Both the position numbers and the translations under genes were made by a program. A stretch of 64,000 nt of DNA from Branchiostoma lanceolatum (lineage: Eukaryota), in NCBI RefSeq assembly GCF_035083965.1, contig NC_089740.1, positions 9,108,596-9,172,595 on the forward strand, in the 5' to 3' direction. Every line of letters begins with the position of its first letter. The first letter of the stretch is position 1. The notes under the pieces were generated by a model. It did no database searches, had not been told where the DNA came from, and worked only from the letters and a program-made list of their open reading frames with translations. Shown piece by piece: positions 53,174-64,000 of this stretch.

Positions 53174-54626
53174 TTAGTCTGCCGTAGGGGCAGCAAAGCG
53201 TTCAGCAAAAGTTCTCTGCTGCTTACTGGTACATGTAATATGTGATTTCTTGGTTGATATCATGGCTGCAGCAGATCTTACATTTCTGACTTCCTCAAGA
53301 GTTCTGGACCCCCGTGTAGACTTCTTGGCCGGCGGGTGCGGTGTCGGACTGGCTGGTTTGGGCGCAGCCGGCCCGTGTAAGTTCCTTCCGGGATACGTCT
53401 GAAGCTTCATGCGCCAGGTGGCATAGGGGGTGGTCTGAGGGAGGGCAGAAGGGAAATAATTAATTCAATATTAAGTTAAAGTTTTAGGATAAAAAGTATG
53501 GCAATGTAGGACTAGTGGTTAGGCTGCTGGGCTCAGAATCTGAAGGTCCTGGGTTCAAATCCTAACGGAGGCCCAATGCTGTACCCTTGGGAAGAACTCA
53601 GGAGTGTCCTGGTGAAAATCGGTATCTACTTTTGGTTAGGGGAGGTTATATTGAACTTTGCAGTTGCACACATAATGTTGACTTCAAATGCACTGGTGCA
53701 GATTGATATTTGCATAGGGTTGCATGTGTAAAGGTTTTATTGCGCACAAGTACAGTACACAGCATTTTCTGAGCATTTAAATGTTAGAAAAAAGCATCCT
53801 TTGTTGCATTACTTGTAACGTCATATAAAATTGCAAAGTTAGCTATAGAGTTTCAGGTTCAAGTTCTGAAGAGAGGTAGTAAGGTTTGTAATGTTACATT
53901 CTACTTTATATTGTTTATACAATTTGTTTCTGTGCACCTACATGTAAATCTTTAGATAAGGTAGAGCACTTATTCCCAATAAGCATTTAGTTTGAACCTA
54001 AGGCGTGGCCAAAAATGAATTTCGGAACTATGTGGAGTGAACTTGTACAGACAGGTTCAACTTGAGCATGACGGCTAGATCAAAGGCTCTGGTTTCTTTA
54101 ACTCATCGCCGATGAATGTGACCCTGATGTTTCTATTTTTCTGAGTCACAGACACTGACACCGCCATCTCTGTCCTTGGTGCTGAATGCCATCCGTAATG
54201 GCAAAATGCATGATCCAACGTTACATTTTGTACTTGTTGTAGAGCCCTCGAACACATACAGACGGACCATTTTATCATACCACAGAGCGTGACACATATG
54301 TCAGACCCGGTTAAGTTCAATGCCACAGTCTATCACCATCTAGGGATAACATAGCACTGATAGCAAGATAGAATACAGCACATATGTCCTCGTATGTTTG
54401 TCTCTAACTTTGGCGAGTTGAACAGAGCAAGAAAAACAACAACAACAAGCCCTACCTGAACCTTTTCCACGAAGCCGGCCCGCCATAGCCGGGCGAGTTG
54501 CTGCCCCACGCTGCGCCCGTCGAGACCCAGGGCGGCCGCCACGTCTGCCGAACGGAAATGGAGGCCGGCATTGGAGGCAAAGAACTGGCAAACCTTGTCT
54601 TTGTTGGTCAAACCTTGGTCCGCCAT
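53174..54626 (-). CDS. Small two-exon gene encoding a 143-aa protein whose N-terminus is a winged helix paralogous to the one in the large dsRBD gene. Exon A is 54456-54626 (ATG in context 'taaaATGGCG', CCAAT box 'ccaatcacag' about 50 bp upstream). Exon B is 53174-53434 (TAA).
   Basis: Exon A reads 'MADQGLTNKDKVCQFFASNAGLHFRSADVAAALGLDGRSVGQQLARLWRAGFVEKVQ|gtaggg'. The acceptor 'tctgccctccctcag' leads into exon B, 'TTPYATWRMKLQTYPGRNLHGPAAPKPASPTPHPPAKKSTRGSRTLEEVRNVRSAAAMISTKKSHITCTSKQQRTFAERFAAPTAD*'. The 'P.ATW' wing (compare ZBP1 Zalpha 'PATW') is completed across the splice junction, which supports the splice. The domain aligns with the large gene ('DVAAALG'/'DVAKALG', 'GFVEKV'/'GQVRKV', 'PYATW'/'PTRW'). 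Confidence 0.55.
53500..53640 (+). mobile_element. tRNA-derived SINE, same family as 32095-32235, in the intron of the small winged-helix gene.
   Basis: Reads 'gtggttaggctgctgggctcagaatctgaaggtcctgggttcaaatcctaacggaggcccaatgctgtacccttgggaagaactcagg' and aligns to the 32.1-kb copy. Confidence 0.6.
53645..54040. mobile_element. Second, 5'-truncated copy of the 8609-8990 MITE family. Only the 3' terminus ('ccaaaaatgaatttcgGaaC') is partially retained.
   Basis: Shared blocks with the 8.6-kb copy, listed under that feature. Confidence 0.5.
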
Positions 54627-55554
54627 TTTACCCTTGATGTTGTGGAGGTCCTTGTCCCAGCGTGTGATCAAGTCCTGTGATTGGTCAGAAGTATAGCAGT
54701 GGTGTAAAGCATCTGCACGGTCTAAAAGCGACGCCTAGCAGTCTAGGATATCATTGCAGCTAGAGCAACACTATATACTGCAAATATCGGACAAACCGCA
54801 AGGAGTCCCCACTGCCACGTGAGGGTGAATTGACCTGTAGCGTTCCAACGCCGTCGGTAACAATCGTGGATCACTCGGATCATTTACATGCGGCGAACCA
54901 ATTTTGAGAGAGGTATTTGTCCCACGCAAAAACAACGAAAACGCTTTCGGATTCTTTGTTTGTACATGTCGAGCTACCCACAACACGTGAGGTTCTCTAT
55001 TCCCAACATGACACGATGATATCCCACGGTAATAACGTATATACGTAATTGAGGTAGCAGAACACGGTATTGGACAGTTTGGGACCTATGGAACTTTCAC
55101 AGAGGACTACATACATTACAGGAATATATACTGGAACAGCTCCCCCCCCCCCCCAAGTTACATTGCAATGATATATGGCTTCACGACACACGTTTCCAAC
55201 AGCAATGAGATTTCACGCCCACGTCTCTCAACCAATCAGAGAGGCTCTCTGTGACGCCGACACGTACAGCAGTTAGCGATGTAATCTTCTGTCTCTTCTC
55301 AGAATGATTGTTGTTTTTTTTTGTCGTGTAATAAGGCACGAAATATACCAGACTTATTTGATTGCTAATCGGGAACTGGCGGAGACGGGAACCTCTAGAC
55401 TGACATTCACACCGCTAGTGCTCGCTGACAACATCATCTTGTTTTTCTCGGGGACAGCATCGAAGGTGAACCTTTCCAGTCGTTTTTAGTCTACAGAAAA
55501 GGCAGTAATCAGTCATATCGGCACACAGGGCAATCGTGACATTTCCATTCGTAT

Positions 55555-56679
55555 TTGGCTGAATCATTTGGAAGAATGAAGACTGCTGTGTTGTCAGTAT
55601 ATGGAGTCTTGCAGTCACAAAAACAAGGCAAAAGTAGTCCGCTGTGGTTCACTATTATTGTTCTTTGCTTGGTCGTTACCTCAATGAGAGGTTTCGCTCA
55701 CCCACAAGGCTGCAAAGTTTCAAAGAATGCCGTTGGTACGTATTTTCCATGGGTGAAGTTGATTTGCCGTAGATTGAAGCTGACAACATTCCCTAAAAGC
55801 GTACCGACTGATGTGTTCTACCTGGATGCTTCCTCAAACCGCATTAAGAGCCTTAAAAACGTTCCCATACTGAAGCAGCTTTCTTCGCTCAATTTGAACT
55901 TTAACCAAATTGAGACTGTTGACTGGGGGTCTCTCCGCAGCTTGCCAAATCTAAAATTCCTCCATTTGATGTACAACCAAATCACGCGCGTCAGCTTAGA
56001 TGCTGTCGTGAAGCATTTACCCAAACTGTCTGACATTAATCTGTCAAATAACAGACTGGCCTCTGTCTCCTTACATGAGTTGGGATATCCGTCTCTGGAT
56101 ATCATACAGGTTTACAACAACCCCTTTCACTGTGACTGCACAATGCTGTGGTTGATGGGTAAACTCAAATGTCTGCTACAACCGGATGAATCAGCTTTAT
56201 ACTCTAGTACAGCCCGCTGTGAAATGTGTGAGGGCTGCTTTCTGTCCTACCATACTGTCACTGACACAAGTGCTTTTAGATGCGCCAGCCCTGACCGCCT
56301 AAAGGGAATGTCCTTGTCAGAAGTATCACAAAATCTGATGGGGTGTGGAGTTGACAAATTGGTCTCTACAGCAACAACAACAAAGTCCTCCGGTCTGCAG
56401 ACAACATTGGAATATGGAGACGGAACTACTGCTGGCGTTTCTACTGGACATCTACAGGCGTACGGTAGCACATTAGCGCCGCCTAGCGACATGCAGAGAT
56501 CTCCCACTGAAGCTGCCCACCCTGAGGCGAGGCCATTCCAGATCACCAACGGTACTAGCGAAGTAGCCTCGTTAGCTCCTTTGCCACCGACCAACCAGCG
56601 ACTGAACTCCCGATGCATCCACAGCGCGGATGCGAGTGTTTTCCGATATGCGTTTGTCTCAAGCGGTCCTATCTATTAA
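55555..56679 (+). CDS. Intronless leucine-rich-repeat protein with an N-terminal signal/anchor segment ('LWFTIIVLCLVVTSM'), LRRNT, about 5 LRRs, LRRCT ('NPFHCDCTMLWLMGKLKCL...ARCEMC') and a Ser/Thr/Pro-rich mucin-like tail. The probable start is M at 55576 ('MKTAVLSVYG').
   Basis: The 374-aa ORF shows LxxLxLxxNxI periodicity ('LSSLNLNFNQIETVDWGSLRSLPNLKFLHLMYNQITRVSLDAVVKHLPKLSDINLSNNRLASV'). The Cys spacing is that of LRRNT and LRRCT caps. Confidence 0.75.
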   Translation: MAESFGRMKTAVLSVYGVLQSQKQGKSSPLWFTIIVLCLVVTSMRGFAHPQGCKVSKNAVGTYFPWVKLICRRLKLTTFPKSVPTDVFYLDASSNRIKSLKNVPILKQLSSLNLNFNQIETVDWGSLRSLPNLKFLHLMYNQITRVSLDAVVKHLPKLSDINLSNNRLASVSLHELGYPSLDIIQVYNNPFHCDCTMLWLMGKLKCLLQPDESALYSSTARCEMCEGCFLSYHTVTDTSAFRCASPDRLKGMSLSEVSQNLMGCGVDKLVSTATTTKSSGLQTTLEYGDGTTAGVSTGHLQAYGSTLAPPSDMQRSPTEAAHPEARPFQITNGTSEVASLAPLPPTNQRLNSRCIHSADASVFRYAFVSSGPIY

Positions 56680-57061
56680 AAGGATGCTATTAAAAGAAAC
56701 CCACGATGCAAGTAAGATGCAATTTAATTTTTAAGAAATCTGTCGTATTTTTCTGCCTTAACAGCCCCATGTATTCAAAACGCCGCCTACAAAGTAGAGG
56801 CATGGTGAATATCAGACGTCGTAAAAATGAACAGTAGTATCATCACCACACTGTGGTACCAGTACCTAAGACTTCAAAGCCAAAGGGAGCAGAAGAATTC
56901 GTGTAGACATATGAATGAACTTTATTGCTCAACAATTTTACATGGTACAATGTATGGCATTAAAATTTAGAAGAAAGATGTATTTTCACATACATGTAAT
57001 TACAAAGTAGATATAAAGCTATTTGAATGTCCGATCTTGTCCCAAACATATGACGCTGCAC

Positions 57062-58345
57062 TTAAAGCAAGCGACATTTGATTTCGTCATGCTCGTATTC
57101 TACGTCGTCGTCATCAGAAATGTCGACGTCATCAGAAGCGTCGGAATGATGACGTTCGTCAGAAGACCTTTGGTCGCTATAGCAACGTTCTTTGGTCTGC
57201 GTTAAGTCGTCACTACTTCCTTGTTCTGTCTTATCAGTGAGTTCCAAATGTCGCAATGTCAAAACCGTCCCAAGGACATCTGCGCATGCGCCAACATCAC
57301 CGCTCTCCTGTCGACGAGGAGTATGCTGGGATTCTTGATGACGCACTTGCAAGAGGACTTCCCGCACATGCGCAGCTGAAGGTCGATCTTCAGGAGTGTA
57401 CGCAAGCATGGTCAAGCACAGGTCTTTCAGAGGGCTTCCCGACGGAAGTGACTTCATTAATCTTCTATACAGGTTAAGTTTAGGATTATCAATAAGCGCT
57501 TCAAAGATGGGTTCGCCTTTTATAAGCAGTCCCAACTTTCCTCTTGCGACGGTTGTCAGGTCTATTAGTGAAGCGAAGACCACTCCCATAGAGAAGACGT
57601 CGCATTTCTCGGTGTAAGGAGGTTGGACGACTTCAGGAGCCACGAAACATGGCGTCCCCTTCCCCGACACCAGTCCCCCTGTCCCGCCCCCTGTCACGGC
57701 CGTGTACAACTTCGCAAGCCCGAAGTCAGCTATCTTAGCCTCCGGGCACCACGGCCTTCCCGTGAAGAGAATATTGGCGGGCTTGACGTCACGATGGACG
57801 ATGCCATTCTCGTGGAGGAACGCGATTCCCGCCGCCACCTGTCTCATGATTGACAGGTCTAACTCGCGATCGTATTCGTCTGACAGAACGAAGCCGTCCA
57901 TGTCACCCAGGGGGCACAACTCCAACACAATCCACATGGACTTACGCGAAATAAAAGCCTGGTAGAACCTGACGAGATGTTTGTGCTTTAAGCTGCTGAG
58001 GGCCAGTAGCGGTTCTAGTTCGGCGGCGGCGCCCTCTTCTCCCACCGCCCGTAAGCGGCCAACGGAATGGAGGGAGCGAAACGCCAGCCAGTTTGATCTC
58101 CGACTGCTCTTCAACTTTATCTGCTTGATGGCGTACTCGGCTTCCCTTAATCTCGCCTCGTAGACTTTACCGAACTCCCCTTGACCGAGGGTGCGCGTCA
58201 GTTCGTAACCTCGAATAGTCTCAGACGAATCTTGAGCCCCCGGTGACGTGTTCGCGCCTCTTTCGTCTTGCCTGGCAGGATCATAGGCTCTCGGTTTTGC
58301 CCCAGGCCACTTTTCCATCTTCTTTCCCTCAGAAGAGTGTGGCAC
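57062..58345 (-). CDS. Intronless Ser/Thr protein kinase of 427 aa, family unassigned, with a long insert around helix C and an acidic S/D-rich C-terminal tail.
   Basis: Gly-loop 'LGQGEFGKVYEA', beta-3 'YAIKQIK', catalytic loop 'IVHRDVKPANILF', 'IADFGLAK', and the activation/P+1 segment 'GTPCFVAPEVV'. The C-tail reads 'DDVDISDDDDVEYEHDEIKCRLL'. It is not the eIF2-alpha kinase type, which uses 'HRDLKPSNIF' and 'YMSPE'. Confidence 0.85.
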   Translation of the reverse strand: MPHSSEGKKMEKWPGAKPRAYDPARQDERGANTSPGAQDSSETIRGYELTRTLGQGEFGKVYEARLREAEYAIKQIKLKSSRRSNWLAFRSLHSVGRLRAVGEEGAAAELEPLLALSSLKHKHLVRFYQAFISRKSMWIVLELCPLGDMDGFVLSDEYDRELDLSIMRQVAAGIAFLHENGIVHRDVKPANILFTGRPWCPEAKIADFGLAKLYTAVTGGGTGGLVSGKGTPCFVAPEVVQPPYTEKCDVFSMGVVFASLIDLTTVARGKLGLLIKGEPIFEALIDNPKLNLYRRLMKSLPSGSPLKDLCLTMLAYTPEDRPSAAHVREVLLQVRHQESQHTPRRQESGDVGACADVLGTVLTLRHLELTDKTEQGSSDDLTQTKERCYSDQRSSDERHHSDASDDVDISDDDDVEYEHDEIKCRLL

Positions 58346-58859
58346 TGAGCAAGTCCTTAGGTTGAAAGATCGTTTGACAAAGTCAAAAGCCTGACCTTGT
58401 AAAAAAACAAGAGAGGTCGGAGCGACTAGCGTTTGAGTGTTATTTCATTACCCAACCAGATATTAGAATAGAATCATTCAATGGGTTGTTGTTGTAGGTG
58501 TTAGTGCAATGGTTATGTTAATGGTTAGTGCAGAGGCCTTACTTTGTTCACACTGTTTATATTTGTTCTACATTATTGTTCATTGAACACATGGAAACGA
58601 CTGGCTGTGGTAGCCTGGCACCAACAAAAGTATTTTGTAAAACACAAGGCAATCAGCTATGGCAAACTTCGCCCATTTCAGAAACACGGATAGACACACA
58701 GACACATCAAAATATTACTTCACAATCTCGGAGGGAAGCAATAAGATACAATCCTGGACTGAGGAAATACTTGGAGAGTATTCAGAAAGCTTAGTTACGG
58801 CAACAAGTCTTCAACTACCAGCGGTCACCAGACCAAACACGAGCGACACTATGCGGATA

Positions 58860-59102
58860 AACTAGAACTGCAGCCCACATAAGCTCCGCCCACCGCCGCC
58901 CTGCCCTAAAAATAAACACCTCCCACCTGTGACCTCTACCCCGGAAGTACTACTGCCCCGCATACGTCATAACGGAAACTTGCCAAACGGGACTAAACTT
59001 GAGCCGATGTCGGACGCCTGTCGCGCACCTCACACGTCAAGATGACACCGGGAACGACAACGTTACTTCACGCTATCCTCCTTACCTGTTGCGTCACGTC
59101 AG
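58860..59102 (+). CDS. Promoter region (GC box 'ctccgcccaccgccgcc', 'taaaaataaa') and first coding exon (59042-59102) encoding a signal peptide 'MTPGTTTLLHAILLTCCVTS' that ends at the consensus donor 'CAG|gtgagt'. The downstream exons are not identified within the window.
   Basis: ATG in context 'gtcaagATGA', a hydrophobic h-region and a perfect donor. The rest of the gene is unresolved. Confidence 0.4.
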
Positions 59103-61904
59103 GTGAGTTTACGTACAGCACGCACGTACACACCTTATCAGCGGTACACCTGTCGTTTTAAGGTAGGGACGCTAGCGTCACCTGGGCGTAAAACATGTCG
59201 CCGGGACAAAACCCTACTTTACGGTGTAACCCCAGGCTTTACTCCCAAACGCACGGGGCACTTTTCAACCATATCATTGTACACCGTTAACTCGTAAGGC
59301 CAAAAAAGCCGGTCTTGTAGAAAGCGACTACATGTGTGCTGTGTAGTGCTACAGTCTCTGTAGTCTGTAGATTAACGGTGTTTGTGAACAAACAAGTGTT
59401 TAACATGGCGGTGTCGCCTTGCACGTTTCTTTTTCTTTTCGCGGAACACACAACAAGGACGTGTTAACGGTTAAGTTAAACAGACCGAGTTTTCGTGAGA
59501 GCGTCGGGGGAGAACTTGAGTCTTCTCTAGATCAATATCTAAATACCAACCTTTTAACATGGCGGGCATGTGTTTTGGGTTCGAGCCGGACCCACCGAAA
59601 AGGTCGTTTAAGTTATGATAACAGTACGAAACATGTTTCTGCTATCGCAGAGTGTAGTTTCAGTTAACCAGTTGTAGTGTCTGCCGTTACGGATATCTGT
59701 AAACTTTTCATAACATCTGAACGTCTTTCCGTTAGGGAACATGTTTGAATTAGAAGTTACAAGGATGTTTGGTTAACTAAAACAAATATTTTGCTGTCTT
59801 TCTGTCCTTTTCCCACAATGCTAAATTTACAGCGACATCTTGGTACATCTCTATGTATCATCAACTATTGCTCCAGTATATTGTGATAAGTATTTATCTG
59901 TTGAACAAAGGAATATCATATCAAGGTAAACCAGTAGATATCGACTGTATACAGATTTGGTCACCAATTTAGCGTTATACATTTTTAGACGTCTACAAAA
60001 AAATGATGAGGGAAGCATTGGAGATCGAAATTGAAAGAGTTTTTTTCACCTGTATAAACAAGCGTATTGCTTACGGTGACAATACATTCGTGAAATTGAA
60101 AGCAGTAGTGTTACTGTACTTTTCTACGTGTTCACAAAAAAGATCTGCTATTCCTTTTTTTGTTTTCACAAAGCTGGCAGATCTCTTTTTCTGTTTAAAA
60201 AAGGGCGTCAGCCCACGCATAAACAGACACCAAAGGAAACGTGACTCACTATGAGTAGTTTTCAGTGTACTTCAAGCGTTTCGCTAGTCTGCGTTAACTT
60301 CCCCTACAAAATCGTGTAGCTTTACTGTTAATTTTTACCCTCGTAAAAGAAATAACCAGTGTTTAAACAAAGTAATTTAGATGGACCTAAGATATGTAAC
60401 GTTTTAACTTGCTTTGCATATGGATCATTTTGTTTCTGTGAGATCCAAATACATAGGTACGTCTTTGTCTACCTGGTAGGCGGTTTAAGTAGAATTTACT
60501 CCTTTTTTTGGGGAAATCGTGTTCCTAAATCCACGCAGGAAAATGATGTCACTTCGTGTGTTTACGTTATATTCTACCAAGAAATCAAGGTGATTTTTTC
60601 ACCAATCCCGTTTTAACCTCCTTGGTTGAACAGTGCAACTGTTGGCGATGTGTATCGTCACTTTACATCTAATTTAAAGACGCTAATTGACTGTTTGACT
60701 TGCATTCTATCGTAGGTGATTGAATGTTTTTCTAACAATTAATCAAAGTCGCTCCCCTATTTTGTCTAAGCGTCACAAACATGTACTTATATTCAGACGT
60801 TTGTCGTCTTATTTCAGTTTCTTGTCACGTTCATGTTCGGAACTGCACAAAGATTTTTTTTCACTACACTTGTAAGAATACACCTGTCTCTACCTACATA
60901 ATGCACAACTAATCGTATTGTATTATACCGGAAACAAGATGGCGGACATCCTGTCTACGGTGACGCTAGCGTTGATAAATACGCGATCAAACGAGGTCTG
61001 TAATTGGCTAATCTCAACATCCACACTTCAAAGGACTGTAACATGATCTTTTTATGAAACCAATCAGTGGATATGGTGGTACAATTGTGACGTTTTGTGC
61101 CTGAGCTTTGTTGATTTCGTAGAACTTCTGGCCTTACTATTATCGCATGCGTCGAGAATTTAAAAAGTGAACTTTATCAAACAAAAGGAAATTACAGAAG
61201 TCAATGAGGTTTAATCAAGGTTTTATAAACCGTATAAAACCTCCTTGCAGATATAAAATCAACATTGTTGCGGAGGAGGGGTGAATCATAACCGTGTGTA
61301 ATTGTGTGTTTTCCCAGTAGTCATCGGGTTGTTTGGTTTGTTGAGTGGGCAATTGTTTGCGTTGGTCAACGGAACGGGCCACTGGACAGTCAGGTGATCA
61401 AATAAACAAACAAATCAACTCCAAAGCACACCAGCCTTTTTAGTTCTCTATAAACTTTGATCATTACGTGCAAATTAGACTTCAAAGGGAGCAAATTGTG
61501 ATAGTTGATACTCTATACTCTATGCTATGTAAATGGTATTTCTAAGGTCAGTGTCTCAAAAGTATAAAAGTTCTGGTCCATATACTAGTAATTTATGGAC
61601 ACCAATCTTTTAATGACTACGATGTGTATACTACGACCCCTCATTTTAGCAACGAAATATCCCTAATTTCTGTAGCCTAGGGTACAATGCTACAACTGCC
61701 AAGTTATCTGAAGTATTTCAAACGAGTGAAGATCTGGGTTTTAACACGCTGACATCATGATCCTTGGGAGCAAAAGAAAACGCAAAGACCAGAATAGACC
61801 ACATATCAACACCACATCTACAAGTGTTTATTTGTTGTCTCAGAGTTTTACGCTGTGTGCATATATAAACGAACTAATCAAGATAGAGTGAGGCTAGAAA
61901 AGAA

Positions 61905-62210
61905 AGCAAACAGAAAATCTGGAAGTGATTTTCAAACGCTTTGCCCATTTTTTTTGGCAACATCACCAAAGACGGGAATTAAAACTAAGTTCACCCCATG
62001 GCCGTTTTAAACGTCACATTCTCTGAACTCGCGTTGCTTTGACAAGTTTAGATGAGACAAGAAAAAGTACAAACGCTGAAAATCTGGAAACGATTTTCAA
62101 CCCGCTTTGTCTATTTTTTTGGCAACATTACCAAAAGCTTAGTTCACCTCATGACATTTAAACGTCGCATTCTCTGAACTCGCGTTGCTTGGAAGCCGCT
62201 CCAAAATGTT
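61905..62210. repeat. Tandem duplication, two units of about 160 bp ('gaaaatctggaaRYgattttcaaMcgctttgYctattttttttggcaacatYaccaaag...ttcaccYcatg.c.tttaaacgtcRcattctctgaactcgcgttgctt').
   Basis: The units align directly at roughly 85 percent identity. Non-coding. Confidence 0.7.
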
Positions 62211-64000
62211 TTGATTTCGTTCTTTAGGAGTGAAATTCAAGACAAGAATGAATGTCTGTCACAGGAAAGAGTTCATGCGGCGCAAATGTGCGTTTCATAA
62301 TATTTGCACACTTACCGAAGAACGTTAACACATGTGACACATGGGCGCAATTCTATGGGCATATTTCAAACTGTACGGAACGGGCAAGGGTCAAGGGGAA
62401 CTGTCGTAAGTACCTTTCCAGCAAAACAAAATTTGTTCTGTACGCACAGCTACATCAATTTGCACTGAAGCTGCAAACCAATCCTCTCAAACTTTCGACA
62501 ACTTTTATGAAAATTTCAGAATTATGTGACTTACTACTAACACGTACTTTGTAGTCGTCAATCTTTTGAAACGGTTCTTACACTAGGCATTGTTAAAACT
62601 TCAATGTCAAGATGTGTTTGTTCCCGTCAGTTGCTCTTTTTAGTTGTTGAAAAATATACAAAAGTGAAGAGGATTGTGTTTTTTATTGTACTCAAATTCT
62701 ATTTGAATAATCTTAAAGCTTGTAGTCATTTTTGACGTATTTTGCCTTTTGCACCAAGAGCGTGTCTTATCCGGACATTGCGTATTTTTGTCGTCATTGT
62801 ATACTAGTAGATCTATTCTTAAACAATTTACGTTCACGCTTGATTATGAAACTCACTCTTGTCATACGTTTTAAACTAAGGAGGCTCATGAAATTTACAC
62901 ATAGAGAAATGATTACAAACCCTAGGCCTAGTGTCAGGAAAAGTGTTAAGCAATGACAGATTGTTTGGTAACGTAATATATCAAGACCCGTGACTGAAAA
63001 CGTTTTGCCTAGATCCGGGCCCAGATTTCTGTCATCCGATCCCCAGCCCGTGTGTTCAGCCGCTTTACCTGTCGTCACCCCTTACCTTCTCTCGTCACGG
63101 TTGATAAAGTGACTACAGGAACAAGGACAGAGTTCGCTTGTTCACTCTTACCCCAGGTCTAGTTACTACCTGGGTACCGTTACCGGTCTGACCTGAGGAA
63201 CAATAAACACGTTCAGACTCGCATAGTCTGTTAGCTTCCGGTTACAAGTTACAGGCCGGTCCGTACACAAGCCAGACTTTCCTCTCAACCCCTGGCACAC
63301 ATCCAGGACCTTCCCATGACTTTATACATTCATTAACTACATGTACTCTTCAAGTTCGGACCTGGTCTTGTAGTCTGGAATCTATCATTTTCTAGCTCCA
63401 GTTCTGATCGTATCGATGAAGAGTATGACTTTCCCGATGACTTCCGACGGAGACTAGTTCAAAAACTAGTATTAAAGCGACCTCGCCGAGAAACTCCCAA
63501 TACAACCTCAGTTACCCAAGACAAACTCCCAACCAGGGTCTGGGAAATGTTGGGAGAGGTCGGGAGACCATATGTTTTACTAATATGTTTTATTATATAC
63601 CCATAATTACAACTTACTCAAATTCAAATCAAGGGTTTTGAGACATCATAGCACCATTCCTTTATTTTTTTGCTTATTTTTCGGGCAGCTGGTCTTTGTT
63701 TTTGCCAATTTCTCTCACCACGAGTGCCCCGTGTCCAGTTCAGACGAAAGAGATTCCCCAGTACCGTACCTAATATAGAGGTGTAAAACGCTTCAAGGCT
63801 AGATACAACATAGCCGGGGGTAGTTCATGTTTCACAAGCTGTTTGGTACCGTGGGTAATAAACAAAGGCACACTGACGTGTTTTTCTTTTTTAAAAGTCA
63901 CGTCATTTTAGTTCGCCAACAGATGGATCTTATCAATTTTACGCCCACTGACACCATAAATAGATACTAACGTTAAGAGTCCCCGTTATAAGACTACGTA

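Noticed and set aside
53233-53410. Treating 53174-53410 as the first exon of the large dsRBD gene only.
   Set aside because: An upstream exon (54456-54626) with an ATG, a Kozak context, a CCAAT box and a strong acceptor at 53434 completes a winged-helix fold across the junction. The region is therefore primarily the second exon of the small gene. Joining to the large gene is kept only as a hypothesis.
56247-56618. Minus-strand 123-aa ORF.
   Set aside because: It is antisense to the LRR gene's Ser/Thr-rich tail.
57062-58345. The kinase as an eIF2-alpha kinase (PKR/PKZ-like) partner of the dsRBD/Zalpha protein.
   Set aside because: Catalytic motifs ('HRDVKPANIL', 'GTPCFVAPE') do not match the eIF2AK signature. 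The gene stays unclassified.
59800-59880. Candidate second exon of the signal-peptide gene ('ttacag|CGACATCTTGG...').
   Set aside because: The phase-1 translation gives an implausible hydrophobic peptide and no convincing donor follows. The gene's continuation is left unresolved.

Overview
This is eukaryotic nuclear DNA with many small GT-AG introns, SINEs and MITEs, probably from a marine invertebrate deuterostome; it is not prokaryotic. I assigned seven protein-coding loci by splicing ORF-track exons by eye.

- **CEP131/POC5-like gene (minus, about 5584-9677):** a multi-exon coiled-coil, centrosomal-type protein.
- **PAQR gene (minus, 13559-15426):** a 3-exon progestin/adipoQ receptor family member.
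- **TEP1 ortholog (plus, 19866-43851):** a near-complete telomerase/vault protein 1 of about 38 exons, with NPLL N-terminal repeats, TROVE, an RGG box, vWA, NACHT and about 20 WD40 repeats.
- **Zalpha-like/AT-hook/dsRBD gene (minus, 46169-52737):** about 1.9k aa, built around a 5.1-kb exon, with a Zalpha-like winged helix, AT-hooks and a terminal dsRBD.
- **Small winged-helix gene (minus, 53174-54626):** a 143-aa, 2-exon paralog of the large gene's winged helix.
- **LRR gene (plus, 55555-56679):** intronless LRRNT-LRR-LRRCT protein with a mucin-like tail.
- **Ser/Thr kinase (minus, 57062-58345):** intronless.
- **Signal-peptide first exon (plus, 59042-59102):** the start of a gene that leaves the window.

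Repeats are tRNA-derived SINEs of two types, at least three MITE families with clear terminal inverted repeats, a 210-bp palindrome, microsatellites ((CA)n, (TCAC)n, (CAAA)n) and several tandem duplications. One of these triplicates a TEP1 exon end together with its splice donor.

The most novel item is the Zalpha-like + dsRBD protein sitting beside its winged-helix paralog, a kinase, an LRR protein and the NACHT/WD40 TEP1. All exon coordinates are hand-derived and should be taken as accurate to a few nucleotides.
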